Part shown: one piece after another, positions 43,335 to 55,336 of the stretch
How the letters are laid out: every line of letters begins with the position of its first letter
How positions within the stretch are numbered: the stretch's first letter is position 1
NCBI GenBank assembly: GCA_951406725.2
Contig: OX597820.1
Span: forward strand, 119,970,001 to 120,034,000
Reading direction: 5' to 3'
Length of the DNA: 64,000 bases
DNA from: Octopus vulgaris
Taxonomy: Eukaryota
Translations under genes and position numbers: made by a program
The notes under the pieces: generated by a model
Told to the model about the DNA's origin: nothing
Databases searched by the model: none
The model's input: the letters and a program-made list of their open reading frames with translations, nothing else

Positions 43335-43553
43335 ACGTTTAAATATTTGTTGTGCAAGATTTTTTTTATGTGAAGTCGTGTGTTGAAACAGATATTGTTG
43401 TATTTTGGAATGGTCATTTTGCCAGGAGTGTGACGAAAGAACTCTGGCCGAAATAAAATTAAGATTAATGTAAAAAATAAGTAACACTGAAGCAAAATAA
43501 CACCAAATATATAGTGCGTGTGTTTTTATTGGCTAAACTGGCCATTCCTAAAT

Positions 43554-43562
<9 letters not shown>
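43335..43562. mobile_element. PLE-like asymmetric hairpin relic
   Basis: ~30-bp IR at 43395-43424 and 43530-43560; left extension related to 20915; TA flanks. Confidence 0.55.
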
Positions 43563-43584
<22 letters not shown>

Positions 43585-43662
43585 GTAAAATATGACCACG
43601 TGTGAACCGTTGGCAATTTGTTTTCCTCCGTCTTCCCTTCCTTGGATCTTTCCGTTTCCTAT

Positions 43663-43697
43663 GTTTCTGACGAAGATCTCCGCTCGAAACGTTAAAC
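43663..43697 (+). ncRNA. Minimal type I hammerhead motif in PLE-like relic (element ~43590-43800)
   Basis: gttt CTGACGA agatctccgctc GAAA cg TT aaac; sister copy at 54677. Confidence 0.7.
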
Positions 43698-43794
43698 CCT
43701 CCTTCTTTCCGTCTTTCCTGAGCGTCTAATAATACTATATTTGCTCCACATCCTCGCGTTGTTGTGTTTTCTCTTTGTCTTTTCATCTTTGCTT

Positions 43795-43866
<72 letters not shown>

Positions 43867-43869
<3 letters not shown>

Positions 43870-44081
43870 GAGTAAACACATAAATGTGAAACAAGGTGGG
43901 AAAAAGAGTACTCAAATACCAGTGGTAGAGTAATATGTTTTATTTAAAGCAGCAGCAAATTCAACAAAACCTGTTACTCTGAGTTTCCCGTTGCCGTTCA
44001 TCGGACAGTTTCGATGAACGGCAACGGGAAACTCAGAGTAACAGGTTTTGTCGAATTTTCTGCTGCTTTAAATAAAGCATA
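43867..44081. mobile_element. PLE-like asymmetric hairpin relic, copy 1
   Basis: Arms 43934-44003 and 44012-44081, 67-bp left extension, TA flanks. Confidence 0.8.
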
Positions 44082-44613
44082 AAGTAAATATATATATATA
44101 TATATATACACACACACTGATAGATAGGTATATATATATATATACATATATATGCATATAATCGAGATTCAGTTGAATTTGGTACTTAAGTTGAGGCACC
44201 TTGTTCGGTCAGAGTAACATGCACACCCAAACAATTTTCAGTGAGTATCAGACTCTGAGCAGAAGTGTTTGCACTTGATATTCTTAAAGTGTATGCAGAT
44301 TACACGACCGAACATAGTGAAGAGATCCGCTCTTGGTTGTCCCGACATATACTTTATATAAAAGTACTTTCTCTAATATTTCCTTTTAATATTTCCCTCT
44401 ATTGAAAGAACTGACCAGATGTAAATACATGTTTCTTCCTTCTCTCTTCTCTCTTTCTTTCCTTCTCTTTTCCATTGACATTACTTTCAGATACATCTAC
44501 ACACACACATGCGCGCACTCTCTATCACTTTTCTCCCCATTCCTCACCCTCATTTACTATATTATATCTCTCTCCACCCTTACACACTCTATAATACTAT
44601 AAAAAAGAGACAG

Positions 44614-44740
44614 ATCTCCTGAAGACTCCACTAGAGTGGACGCAAGCGCTGATATATGATTTATAAAAACATGTGACACATTAATAAATATCTATAAAAA
44701 TAAAACATCCAGATTTCTAAGTACTTTATTACTTCTAATA
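44614..44740 (+). mobile_element. PLE-like relic with decayed hammerhead (sister copy 58100-58232)
   Basis: CTGAAGA c tccac taga gtgga c GCAA gcgc T here; sister supplies GAAA gcgc TA; shared downstream sequence. Confidence 0.55.
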
Positions 44741-44746
44741 TATATA

Positions 44747-44980
44747 CCGGAGTAAACACATAAATGTGAAACAATGTGGAAAAAAGAGTACTCAAATACC
44801 AGTGGTAGAGTAATATGCTTTATTTAAAGCAGCAGAAAATTCAACAAAACCTGTTACTCTGAGTTTCCCGTTGCCGTTCATTGGACAGTTTTTGCTAGAA
44901 AAAATCTGTCCGATGAACGGCAACGGGAAACTCAGAGTAACAGGTTTTGTTGAATTTTCTGCTGCTTTAAATAAAGTATA
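44747..44980. mobile_element. PLE-like asymmetric hairpin relic, copy 2
   Basis: Nearly identical to 43867-44081 but with a different inversion point. Confidence 0.8.
44901..44948 (+). ncRNA. Minimal type I hammerhead motif (U4C core)
   Basis: aaaatctgt CCGATGA acg gcaa cgg GAAA ctc a gag TA acaggtttt; 9-bp helix I. Confidence 0.7.
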
Positions 44981-45372
44981 TGTATATATATATATATACA
45001 GAGAGAGAGAGAGAGAGAGGGGGGAGAGAGAGAAAGAGAAAGAAAAATAGAGAGAGACAGATAAATAGATAAATAGAGATAGATAGTGAGAGAAGGAGAG
45101 CGAGAGACAGATACATCTGCGTGTGTGTGTATGTGTGTGCACTTGACTGTTAGTTAAATACATTGCATAAGAAAGAGAAATAAATGCAATATGGCGATTA
45201 TAGAAACGTTTACAGTCTTCTATGTGTAAATAATTCACACATTCAAACAGATATATTCTTAAATACACACACACATATAAACAGTCAGAAACACATTCAC
45301 ATGCACGTGCATGCAAATGTATGTCATTGTAACACAAAATATGATTTCATCTTCTGTTTTACTATGAGTAAC

Positions 45373-45590
45373 GGCATATGGCGCACTGGTTAAGAGCGCG
45401 GTGTACTAACTCCAAGATTCCGAGTTCGATTCCAGGCAATAACCTGAATAATAGTAATAATAATAATAATATCGGAAAAGTATCTTAGGAATGAGAACCC
45501 AGGTTCGAAATCCCCCCAGGACACTTAATGAAGGTTCGAGAGTACATCAGCCAAAATGTTGTGTTGACAACAAACAAGATGAGGACAAGA
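45373..45590 (+). mobile_element. tRNA-headed SINE (family H) with hammerhead-derived body
   Basis: A box TGGCGCACTGG (45379), B box GAGTTCGATTCC (45422), (AAT)n linker, then acac TTAATGA...cagcc AAAA tg TT gtgt, homologous to the HHR at 8787. Confidence 0.75.
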
Positions 45591-46088
45591 ATTTTGGCTC
45601 TCTCTTGCAATGGCTACTTCAATTAATATATGGACACGGATGATAACTTAATTTCCACCTGATTTCACACAGGGACACTTAATCATTGTTTAGAGATGTA
45701 ATTGTTTATAACTAAGGTATAGAACAGTTTTGAAACGTTAAATGTTCGCAATGTATTGAAGAGTAACTTAAGCATACAGAAAAGCAAGTAAGAGTAGAGA
45801 TTTATAAGCAAAAAAGTCGTACAGACTCCTCAGCACATATAGAGACAGACAGGAATTGAGTGACTTTAGTGCAAGAGAAAGAATAACAGATTCATTAGGG
45901 ATGAGAATGTACCTGTGTGCATATGAAGATCATCGCGAAGGTATACAGTTTATAAAATGTCGGAAGATGCGAATTAATGAGGCGGTGAAGAAAATATTAA
46001 AATAGGACGAACGGTTTTATTTTTGCCTGTTGGAAAATTATTGCCAAAGTTAATAATAAGATTTTGTTTTATCGTTAGTGATTGAAGA

Positions 46089-46476
46089 GGGGAGGAAGCA
46101 CTCCGTCGGTTACGACGACGAGGGTTCCGGTTGATCCGAATCAACGGAACAGCCTGCTCGTGAAATTATCATGTAAGTGGCTGAGCATTCCACAGACACG
46201 TGTACCCTTAACTTAGTTCTCGGGGAGATTCAGCGTGACACAGAGAGTGACAAGGACGGCCCTTTCAAATACAGGTACAACAGAAACAGGAAGTAAGAGT
46301 GAGAGAAAGTTGTGGTGAAAGAGTACAGCAGGGATCACCACCATCCCTGCCGGAGCCTCGTGGAGCTTTAGGTGTTTTCGCTCAATAAACACTCACAACG
46401 CCCGGTCTGGGAATCGAAACCGCGATCCTATGACCGCGAGTCCGCTGCCCTAACCACTGGGCCATTGCGCCTCCAC
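46089..46476 (-). mobile_element. Full-length tRNA-derived SINE, head-1 + tail-A, with 12-bp TSD
   Basis: A box TGGCCCAGTGG, B box GGTTTCGATTCC; TSD A(G/A)TGATTGAAGA at 46077 and 46477. Confidence 0.92.
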
Positions 46477-47175
46477 AATGATTGAAGAACTAGCTAACTG
46501 TCTTGATTTGTGAACGTGTATTACTTTAGAAAGTTTTCATGCAATACAGTGCATGAAACTTGAGAAGGTATAATTAATATTTTGGTAAATGTTGGACGTG
46601 ACTTTCGAGCAGGTAATTAATTTTTGTTAATGAGAATGAGGTAATAGGTGTGGAAGCGACAGAGAATGCATCGTATTCTTTGCTTTCCGCAAGAGAGAAA
46701 GCAATGCCATTGACATTTTACAGGAGACCTAGACTGGTAGAAGGGGTGGGGAACAAGATATCCTTAATCCGAAGATTTGGTCCCGATGTTTGAACAGAGA
46801 GGATTCCGGTAAAAGGTATAAACTTTTAATTCTTCAAAAAAAAAAAATAATAAATAATGAATAATAATTATGTTATTTACATTCTTTTGCAACTGCTGTA
46901 CTTTGATACAGGTATGGAAAACTTTGGCCCGGTGTGGGAGCTGTGATTATTAGAAAGACAATCAATTTCGAAATTTCGTTTTTGGATTTGTCTCTCCCCA
47001 GACACAACAGAACAATTTCTAAATGCTATGTGAAATAAAATAAAGCGGTAACTTTGAGAGTTGAACAGAAGCATTGACTTTCATTTCTTGTGCTTGGAGA
47101 CATGTATTTCTTGTTCGTATATATCGACGAGAAATGTGGAGAATCGAATGAAATCAGGTGCAAAAACAAGAGCTA

Positions 47176-47602
47176 TACTCTTTACTCTTTACTCTTTTAC
47201 TTGTTTCAGTCATTTGACTGCGGCCATGCAGGAGCACCGCCTTTAGTCGGGCAAATCGACCCCGGGACTTATTCCTTGTAAGCCTAGTACTTATTCTATC
47301 GGTCTCTTTTTGCCGAACCGCTAATTGACGGGGACGTAAACACACCAGCATCGGTTGTCAAGCAATGCTAGGGGGGACAAACACAGACACACAAACACAC
47401 ATACACACACACACATATAGATATATGTATACATATATGCGACAGGCTTCTTTCAGTTTCCGTCTACCAAATCCACTCACAAGGCTTTGGTCGGCCCGGG
47501 GCTATAGCAGAAGACACTTGCCCAAGATGCCACGCAGTGGGACTGAACCCGGAACCATGTGGTTGGTTAGCCAGCTACTTACCACATAGCCACTCCTGCG
47601 CC
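47176..47602 (-). mobile_element. SINE family C
   Basis: Full-length match to other copies. Confidence 0.9.
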
Positions 47603-48574
47603 TATAAAGAATTTCTTAATAGACGTGTGAATGTAACTTATTAATGAAAGTGTATTATTTGCCAACCAGTTGTATATGTTGTATATTCATAGGCAGAAAT
47701 GGCTGACTATTGACATATCAACAAGTGAGAGCTAATCCTTTCGACTTGCGAGAAATAAGAAATATTACATTTATTGTAGTTGATAAGCAGATGCCTTGTA
47801 ATTCCACTAATCACTCTTTAGTAATTCAGTGCTTATCGCATATTTCAAGGTGTTTCAGGGAAACGCATTTTACAACAATTTATAAGGATTCACATATAAA
47901 TGTTAATTTATTTGTTTAGAAATGTCAATTGTCAGTAAGTTATATTTTATCTCTCACTCATTACTATTTTCTTACAGTTTTCCTTTGGGAAACAATGATT
48001 GGTTTATGATGATCAAAGACATCTGAACGTCGTTTCGTTCTTATTCAATTTGTATGCCATATTTGTCTCCAAATCAATGTAACTATCAACAGCGGAAAGA
48101 ATCAGTGGAAACTGTAACAAATCTCTCCCTTTCTTTCTCTCTTTATTTCAATATATCTCTCTCTGTATCTCATACACCCACGTGCAAACCCACGCACACA
48201 CAAACACTCACACAATCAGTCTTTTTATCTGCCACATTTTGATCGGCAGATTTGAATCATTCTACTTTGCAAATTACACTACAGCCTTAAAATTTACTAT
48301 TTGTACGCTGGATCTCGATTAATGATATTTTTGCTTATATACTGAACTTGATTCTATACAAGACACTTTCCCATTCGAAATAATCCACATCCCCTTGCCT
48401 AATGATATTCTGGGAAATATTCTTGCACCATTTGTGAAGAAGACATTTGTTACTTCATTTATTGGAAAAATGTCTTTTAATTGCTTCTCCATAGCAACAT
48501 GTTATTACCGAAAAAGGCTTCTCTTAATATTAGAACTTTCACCATTGTTTAAAAATCAGCTATATTCTTTTCTG

Positions 48575-48712
48575 GGAATTTTAGGGGAGAGAGCTAGTCG
48601 ATTAGATCGACCCCAGTACGCAACTGACTGGTACATAATTTATCGAACCCGAAAGCATGAAAGGCAAAGTTGGCCACGGCGGAATTTGAACTCAGAACAT
48701 AAAGACAGACGA
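48575..48712 (-). mobile_element. SINE family D fragment
   Basis: GGCGGAATTTGAACTCAGAAC. Confidence 0.75.
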
Positions 48713-48941
48713 TTGTGCAATTGCTCTCTGAATGAATTTCATCAATTTCAAATTTTACCATATCCATGACAACGACTTGTCCCTGAGGTGCTCTGTTTAA
48801 CTCTTTGGTTTCTCATTTCTTCTTTCTGCCCATCATCACAACCAGTATTCTTTACTTCTGTAGTTCCAGGATCCCCAATTTGATGAATGAAAGGTCTTCA
48901 TAATTCTAGGTAGAACCTGTCAGTATTACTCTAAGGATGTT

Positions 48942-49140
48942 AGGTAGTGAGCTGGCAGAATCGTTACCGCGTCGAGAAAAATGCATTTCGCCCATCTGAG
49001 TTCAAATTCCGTCGACGTTGACTTTACCGCTCATTCTTTCGGGCTTGATAAATTACGAAACATTTGAGTACTAGGGTTGATATAGTGGACTTATCCCCTG
49101 CCCCAAAATAACTGGCCTTGGGCCAAAAATTTAAAACCAA
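48942..49140 (+). mobile_element. Degenerate SINE family D
   Basis: GAGCTGGCAGAATCGTTA...TCTGAGTTCAAATTCCG. Confidence 0.7.
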
Positions 49141-49844
49141 TACTAGTTTTAGGGTGGTATGCGTTGTGCTCTGTGGTCGGCTTTCTAGTTCTTCTGCGTA
49201 AGGTATGTAGCCCTGTTTTTGTGCCTTTTACAAAAGGGTCTGAATATCTTAACACTGCCATGACCCCGTATTCATTGCTTTGGTAATTAATCTTTTGTAG
49301 CTCCTACATAATTCTCTTGTGCTCCTTGTGAATATCCTCTCTTATTTCTCCTCCCATTCTTGCAGCACTTCTGGGTATTTGTATCTTCCATTATTTCTCA
49401 GTGATCTAATGATACCACCTGATATCATTAGATCACTGTGCCATGAGAATTTATATTTTGGCCTATGATTCATAACCATATTTATTTACCTCGAACTGCA
49501 TTCCAATAGCCTGGGTTAATACCTTTAGCCTCTGACTCAGAAAAACCAGGGCTTTTTCTCTTTTTGTATGTTGCATGACAACACCTATACAAAGCAGAAT
49601 ATTTTGACTTTGAGTTTGGCGAACTCATAAGTAGACCTGAATTTTCTCAATATAGTTGTCATGGAGAGATTAAATATCAATGACGAAAAGTAATGGAGAA
49701 ACCGAGTCCCGATGGATACCCTCCCCTGGGAATTTCCGCGTTTCGTAACGATTCATGTAAACATAAACTAGTTCTACTACTTATTCCTCTCTCGTCTTTA
49801 AAATTCGTAAACTATGCCAATATATATGTATATACATATAATAA

Positions 49845-50158
49845 GGGAACACTCCGTCGGTTACGACGATGAGGGTCCCAGCTAATACAATCAACGTAAT
49901 AGTCTGCTCGTGAAATTAACGTGCAAGTGACTGACAAATCCACTGACACACGTACCCCTAACGTAGTTCTCAGGGAGATTCAGTGTGACAAGGCCGGACC
50001 TTTGAAATATAGGTGCAACTAATTTTTGCCAGCTGAGTGGACTGGATCAACGTGAAATAAAGTGTCTTGCTCAAGGACACAATGCGTCGCCGGGAATCGA
50101 ACTCACGACCTTACAATCGTGAGCCGAATGTCCTAACCACTAAGCCACGCGCCTTCGC
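49845..50158 (-). mobile_element. tRNA-derived SINE, head-2/core + tail-A
   Basis: Head GCGAAGGCGCGTGGCTTAGTGG...GAGTTCGATTCCC; tail shared with 46089. Confidence 0.88.
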
Positions 50159-50185
50159 ACACACACACAGACACACACACGCACG

Positions 50186-50232
<47 letters not shown>

Positions 50233-51409
50233 GTATAGGAGAAATCGCAGGACACGTTGTATTGATTATTTGATTGTAATGTGAAGGATTTAAATGGATT
50301 AAAATGGACTTTGAGACATTGGTTAAACGTTACGCTATTTCATAGCCATTCGCAAATATTATAATTCCTCCCGTGTAAGCGGAACTACACACCATATTTG
50401 TTAAAATAGTGTATTCTAAGCATTTACGATAAAATATATCAATTTAATACTAAGTGTATTTTTAATAGCCCTAATATTACTGATATTTTCCTTATCAAAT
50501 TTGCAAATCATTGATTAATGGGATCTGAAACATCAAAGACTTTGCAAATTCTGAAATCTGTATTCCATGTATGGAGACCATTTTGACTAATTTCTAAGGT
50601 GTCAAAATGTATTATGCAATTGCAACCCTTTAATTTACTAATGCATGGCAACACAGACTTTCGAATATCTAAGTTGCATCTCGGTAACTCAATTTAATCT
50701 GGTAGAACTAAAACGTATCGGGAATTAATATCTCTGATATTGAAGAACACTTTTATATTCTAAGACACACCAATATACGGTACCTGGTTTAGTTTCATCT
50801 CTTGTCAATATTCGGCGATTATATGAGAAATATGTAACAGAAACAAATTCTTGCTTTACGCTGTAGAACAAAGTTTGGTCGGCATATGAGATATTTATCA
50901 CATATATCAGTTTCTTTGGAAACAAAAAACTGAAAAATATTGCGCAACCTAACGCTAACACACACACACACACACACACATACACGCACACACGCACACA
51001 GAGACACAGGCAGACAGAGACATACATACACACACATACATACACAAACACACACGATTCTGCCAATTTTATATGTATTTTATACAATACATAATTATGT
51101 GTGTATAATAAGATTTATATGCAGGGATATATGTGTATTCCTGTGTTGGCTATGCGTTCGAAGCGAAGACGCCTAAAGGTTAAATTCATTACCGCCACCC
51201 TCTCGAGGACATACACGATGAGGAGTGATATGCCCGATCTACTATCAGCAGATCCACCCACAGCGGCCACAAGCAGATGTCTGTATTCTACTTGGCTCCC
51301 CTCTCCGTGATGTCATGACGGTTACCTCAAGTACTCTGGTAGCTTGTCTCTATATCTCTTCTTGGACATACTACTGTATCAACAGCATATATACCAATAG
51401 CTAGCTAGC

Positions 51410-51855
<446 letters not shown>

Positions 51856-51879
51856 GTATGTGTACTTTTTCAATATGTA

Positions 51880-52133
51880 TAAATAACACGGAAAAAATAT
51901 ATAAATAGTTACCAGGCAAGGATAGTAAAAGAATTCCCATATGTACCAAGGATGTTACAGCCTACTTAAAAGGTAGAAATACCAGTGTTTATGGAAACGT
52001 TTTTGTATAAGAGATGAATAAAGAAATGGAGTTAAACGCAGGTGTTATTCAAGTCTTTATACATCCGACATATGTTTCAAAGCAAATATTGGTATCATTC
52101 CAGAGGGAATAAAATAATGTAAAACAATGCGAT
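51880..52133 (-). mobile_element. PLE-like relic, sister of 25500-25770, truncated inside the hammerhead
   Basis: CCAAGGATGTTACAGCCTACTTAAAAGGTA is the reverse complement of 25675-25704. Confidence 0.8.
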
Positions 52134-53640
52134 GTGAACGAAGTCGATCCCCAACATAAAATTTCGGTCATAACCTTCACTACTTCAGACATCATAGCAG
52201 CAATAAATGAGGTCAAATTCTATTCTGCTCTAGGCCCTCATAGTTTCACCGCTAGTCTCCTGAAGGAATGCAGACACCACTTTGCAGCCCCTCTGACCAA
52301 CCTCTGGAGAAATTCTTTAGACTCAGGTTATATACTGAAACGGCTCCTATTCCAGTCTGTCATCCCGGTTTTCAAAGAGGAAAACAGATCCCACGCAGTC
52401 AACAATCGCCCAATCTCACTCACCTCCGAAATCGTTAAAGTGTTTGTAAGAGTGGTAAGATCAAGGATAGCTACCTTCCTGGAGATGCACAAACTGCTAA
52501 GTGCAAATCAGCTTGGCTTTCACTGTGGCAAGGACTGTCTAACACAGCTCTCACACCACATTGAGGATATACTTGGGAGCAGATTCGAAATCTGATGACG
52601 TATATCTTGACTTCAGCAAAGCGTTCGACGGAGTTGACCATAATATCTTACTGACAGAACTGGTAAATGGTAGAATTCGTGGAAAACTTCTATACTGCAT
52701 TGAGTATTTCAGAACACAACATGTGGTCGATGGAGTCCATTAAAGCCCAGCAAAAGTCACCATTGATGTCCCTGAGAAGACTGCCATGGGCCCGGTCCTC
52801 TTTATAATCCATATAAACGACCTTTCCAGCGAGGAAAAAATTGAGCCGAGGCAGTTTGGAAAAAAGACTATAGTAAAACAGCCATAGTCTCTTCCTTCAG
52901 GGGAACCGCTCACAGCATCTAACAATATCAGAGACCTAGGAGTAATTGTTGATAACAATCTCACTTGGAGTACCCACATCAACAATAAGGTCGATATAAC
53001 TCGTAAGATGAGCTCCTGGATCTTAAGAACCTTCCTGTCCAGAGAAAAATGTGTCATCATTCCACTGTTCTCCACATTTGTAGGGCCATACCTCGAATAC
53101 TGTTTCTCCCTGTGGTCTCCCCATACGCAACAAAACATCACGAAAATTGAATCACCTCAGGGGTCATGCACTGAACGAATTAAATGCGTGATTGATGTTC
53201 GTTACTGGAACCATATTAAAGCATTGAAACTCTACTCTCTTCAGCGCCGCCACGAGCTATACATCATTTGCACGATTTCGAGAATATACCACCAGCATTG
53301 ACCAAATGAACTGAACATTAGCTTCAAAATTCATCCAAGGTTAGGACCTAATTCAGGATCACAACTCATAAATACACTGGAAGGCAATTTCTTTTCCTCA
53401 ACAGGCACTATCCTATTTAGCATTATCTGGAAACAGATTAAAGAGGAAAAGGATCCCATCATCTTTGAACGGAATCTGGACAAATTTCATCAAGAAACAC
53501 CAGGCAATCCATATATATATGCTTACAACTAACAAGAACTCCATACTCGAATGGACCATGATACCACAAAACGTGATTTAAAAACGATTTAGATAATCTT
53601 ATCAGATTGTGCTATTAAGTTAGACATGTCCAGGATCAAA
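52134..53640 (+). mobile_element. CR1/L2-group LINE reverse transcriptase, frameshifted, YADD region deleted
   Basis: RPISLTS, QLGF, YLDFSKAFD.VDH, GPVLFIIHINDL, RDLGV, PYLEYC..LWSP, LKLYSLQRR. Confidence 0.9.
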
Positions 53641-53927
53641 CTTGCACGATTTCGAAACATATCTAAGTTCGTTTTATGTCCTCTTTTTATCAAAATATGC
53701 TATCACGTAATTATGATGTAAGACAGGATAAAATAAATCAAACTTAATTCAATTAATTTTTAATGAAATTCTTTCTGCCATTCCAAATGCATTTGTTGCA
53801 AAATCTACATCATCGCAGTCTTTGCTTTCCCTCTTATGGATGTTGGATCGTAATGAGAGTAGTAAGAGTGTGAGTATATTAGTATTAAAGAGTCACTAGT
53901 AGAGACACGAGCAACTATATACTTACG

Positions 53928-53966
<39 letters not shown>

Positions 53967-53969
53967 ATG

Positions 53970-54454
53970 TATAGGGAGAATTCACAAAAAAACAAAGGCC
54001 GAAGATAGGTGGTGTAGACAACAAAGAGATGTATTAGTATAACGCTCGGGAAATGGAAAAAGTCTTTAACGTTTCGAACCTACACTCTTCCACAAAAAGG
54101 AACAGAAAGAAACAAGGAGAGAAAAAATAAAGAATGTGTTGTGACGAGCGATCTGTCATGGCGGATGCCGGAAAGAAGGGTCATACAGGAGATCTAGAAA
54201 GAAGTGGAGATAATAAAGTAGTGGCGATCCCAAAACGAAGTTCGGTGGGATAGTTGCAGGCGGAGATGATTGGGATAGACGGCTGGAGGAGATGAGGTCA
54301 TGGAGAGTGGAAGATACAGTATGTTGGTAGCTGGGCGCGGGGTCAGAGCGCAGAGTGCAGTAGAAAGAAATGTCTTGAATTTGATGGAGAGCATCCGCCT
54401 TGTAGAGGTCCGCGTAACACATCACCACGGCTCCACCCTTGTCGGCTGGTTTTG

Positions 54455-54455
<1 letters not shown>
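53970..54455 (-). mobile_element. Penelope-like element: RT N-terminal fragment fused to terminal repeat with decayed hammerhead
   Basis: KPADKGGAVV...DLYKADALHQIQDISFY..L.SDP...YQ..V; at 54065-54098 TTGTGGA a gagt gtag gttc GAAA cg TT aaa; TA flanks. Confidence 0.8.
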
Positions 54456-54513
<58 letters not shown>

Positions 54514-54676
54514 AAAAAAGGAACCAAGAAGTGGACCGAAACGACGAATCGGAACGAACCTATATATATATATATATATATATGCGTGTGTGTGTGTGTG
54601 TGTGTGTGTGGCTGCGTGTCTACATTTGGCGATTTTTTTACTCCGTCTTCCCTCTCTGGATCTTTCGTTTTCCTAT

Positions 54677-54711
54677 GTTTCTGACGAAGAGATCCGCTCG
54701 AAACGTTAAAC
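54677..54711 (+). ncRNA. Minimal type I hammerhead motif (element ~54620-54815)
   Basis: gttt CTGACGA a gag atccg ctc GAAA cg TT aaac. Confidence 0.72.
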
Positions 54712-54852
54712 CCTTCCTTCTTCCCTTCCTTCCTGAGCGTCCAATAATACTATGTTTGTTCCACGTCCTCGCATTGTTGTGCTTTTTCTTTGTGTTTTCA
54801 TGCTTGGATTAACTATATATGTATACATATATATGTATATGAATATACGAGG

Positions 54853-55336
54853 ATGGAGGATAGATTCATAAACAAGTTGTTACATTGAACGTCCAAATGT
54901 GATTACGAAAATATGCTTGCTTGCATTTATGATTCTCTGTTGGAATTTTGCATGTCACCGAGTCTTTCCATGGAATAGAATAATGTTCACTGGACAACAT
55001 TTAATTGCTAAACTTTACTTGACGCTTATCGCTACTAGGCATGCTTAGAATAACTGACACCTACGTAGATCTTTGTCTTTGACAATGTGTTTCATGCTGA
55101 CATAGAGGCATTGAACATATTCAGTGTACCCCTAATTAGACAATGGCGCAAATTTAACTAAGAAAGCAAAATTCTGGATTAAACCAAGCAATTTTTCCAT
55201 TCAAACGTTCCAATATTTCCCACTTTGGATTGCTACCTTTTACAGATCCCTGGAAAATATAAGCTCGTTGTCTTTTGTGGGATATGAGCTCCAAACTTTG
55301 GAACAAATAGTGGAAGATATTCTTTGTGATATTTGA
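54853..55336 (+). pseudogene. Possible decayed ankyrin-repeat coding remnant
   Basis: Across frameshifts and stops: LLH*TSK, GQHLIAKL/LDA, ADIEALN..SVPL, LDNGANL. Confidence 0.3.

Noticed and set aside
46400-46476. tRNA gene
   Set aside because: A and B boxes run directly into a repeated SINE body with a TSD; it is a SINE head, as are the other tRNA-like segments
46500-46800. Minus-strand PLE zinc-finger/GIY-YIG remnant (RCILC)
   Set aside because: Too frameshifted to support without a search
48775-49570. Additional RLE LINE remnants around the SINE at 48942
   Set aside because: Only faint peptide similarity
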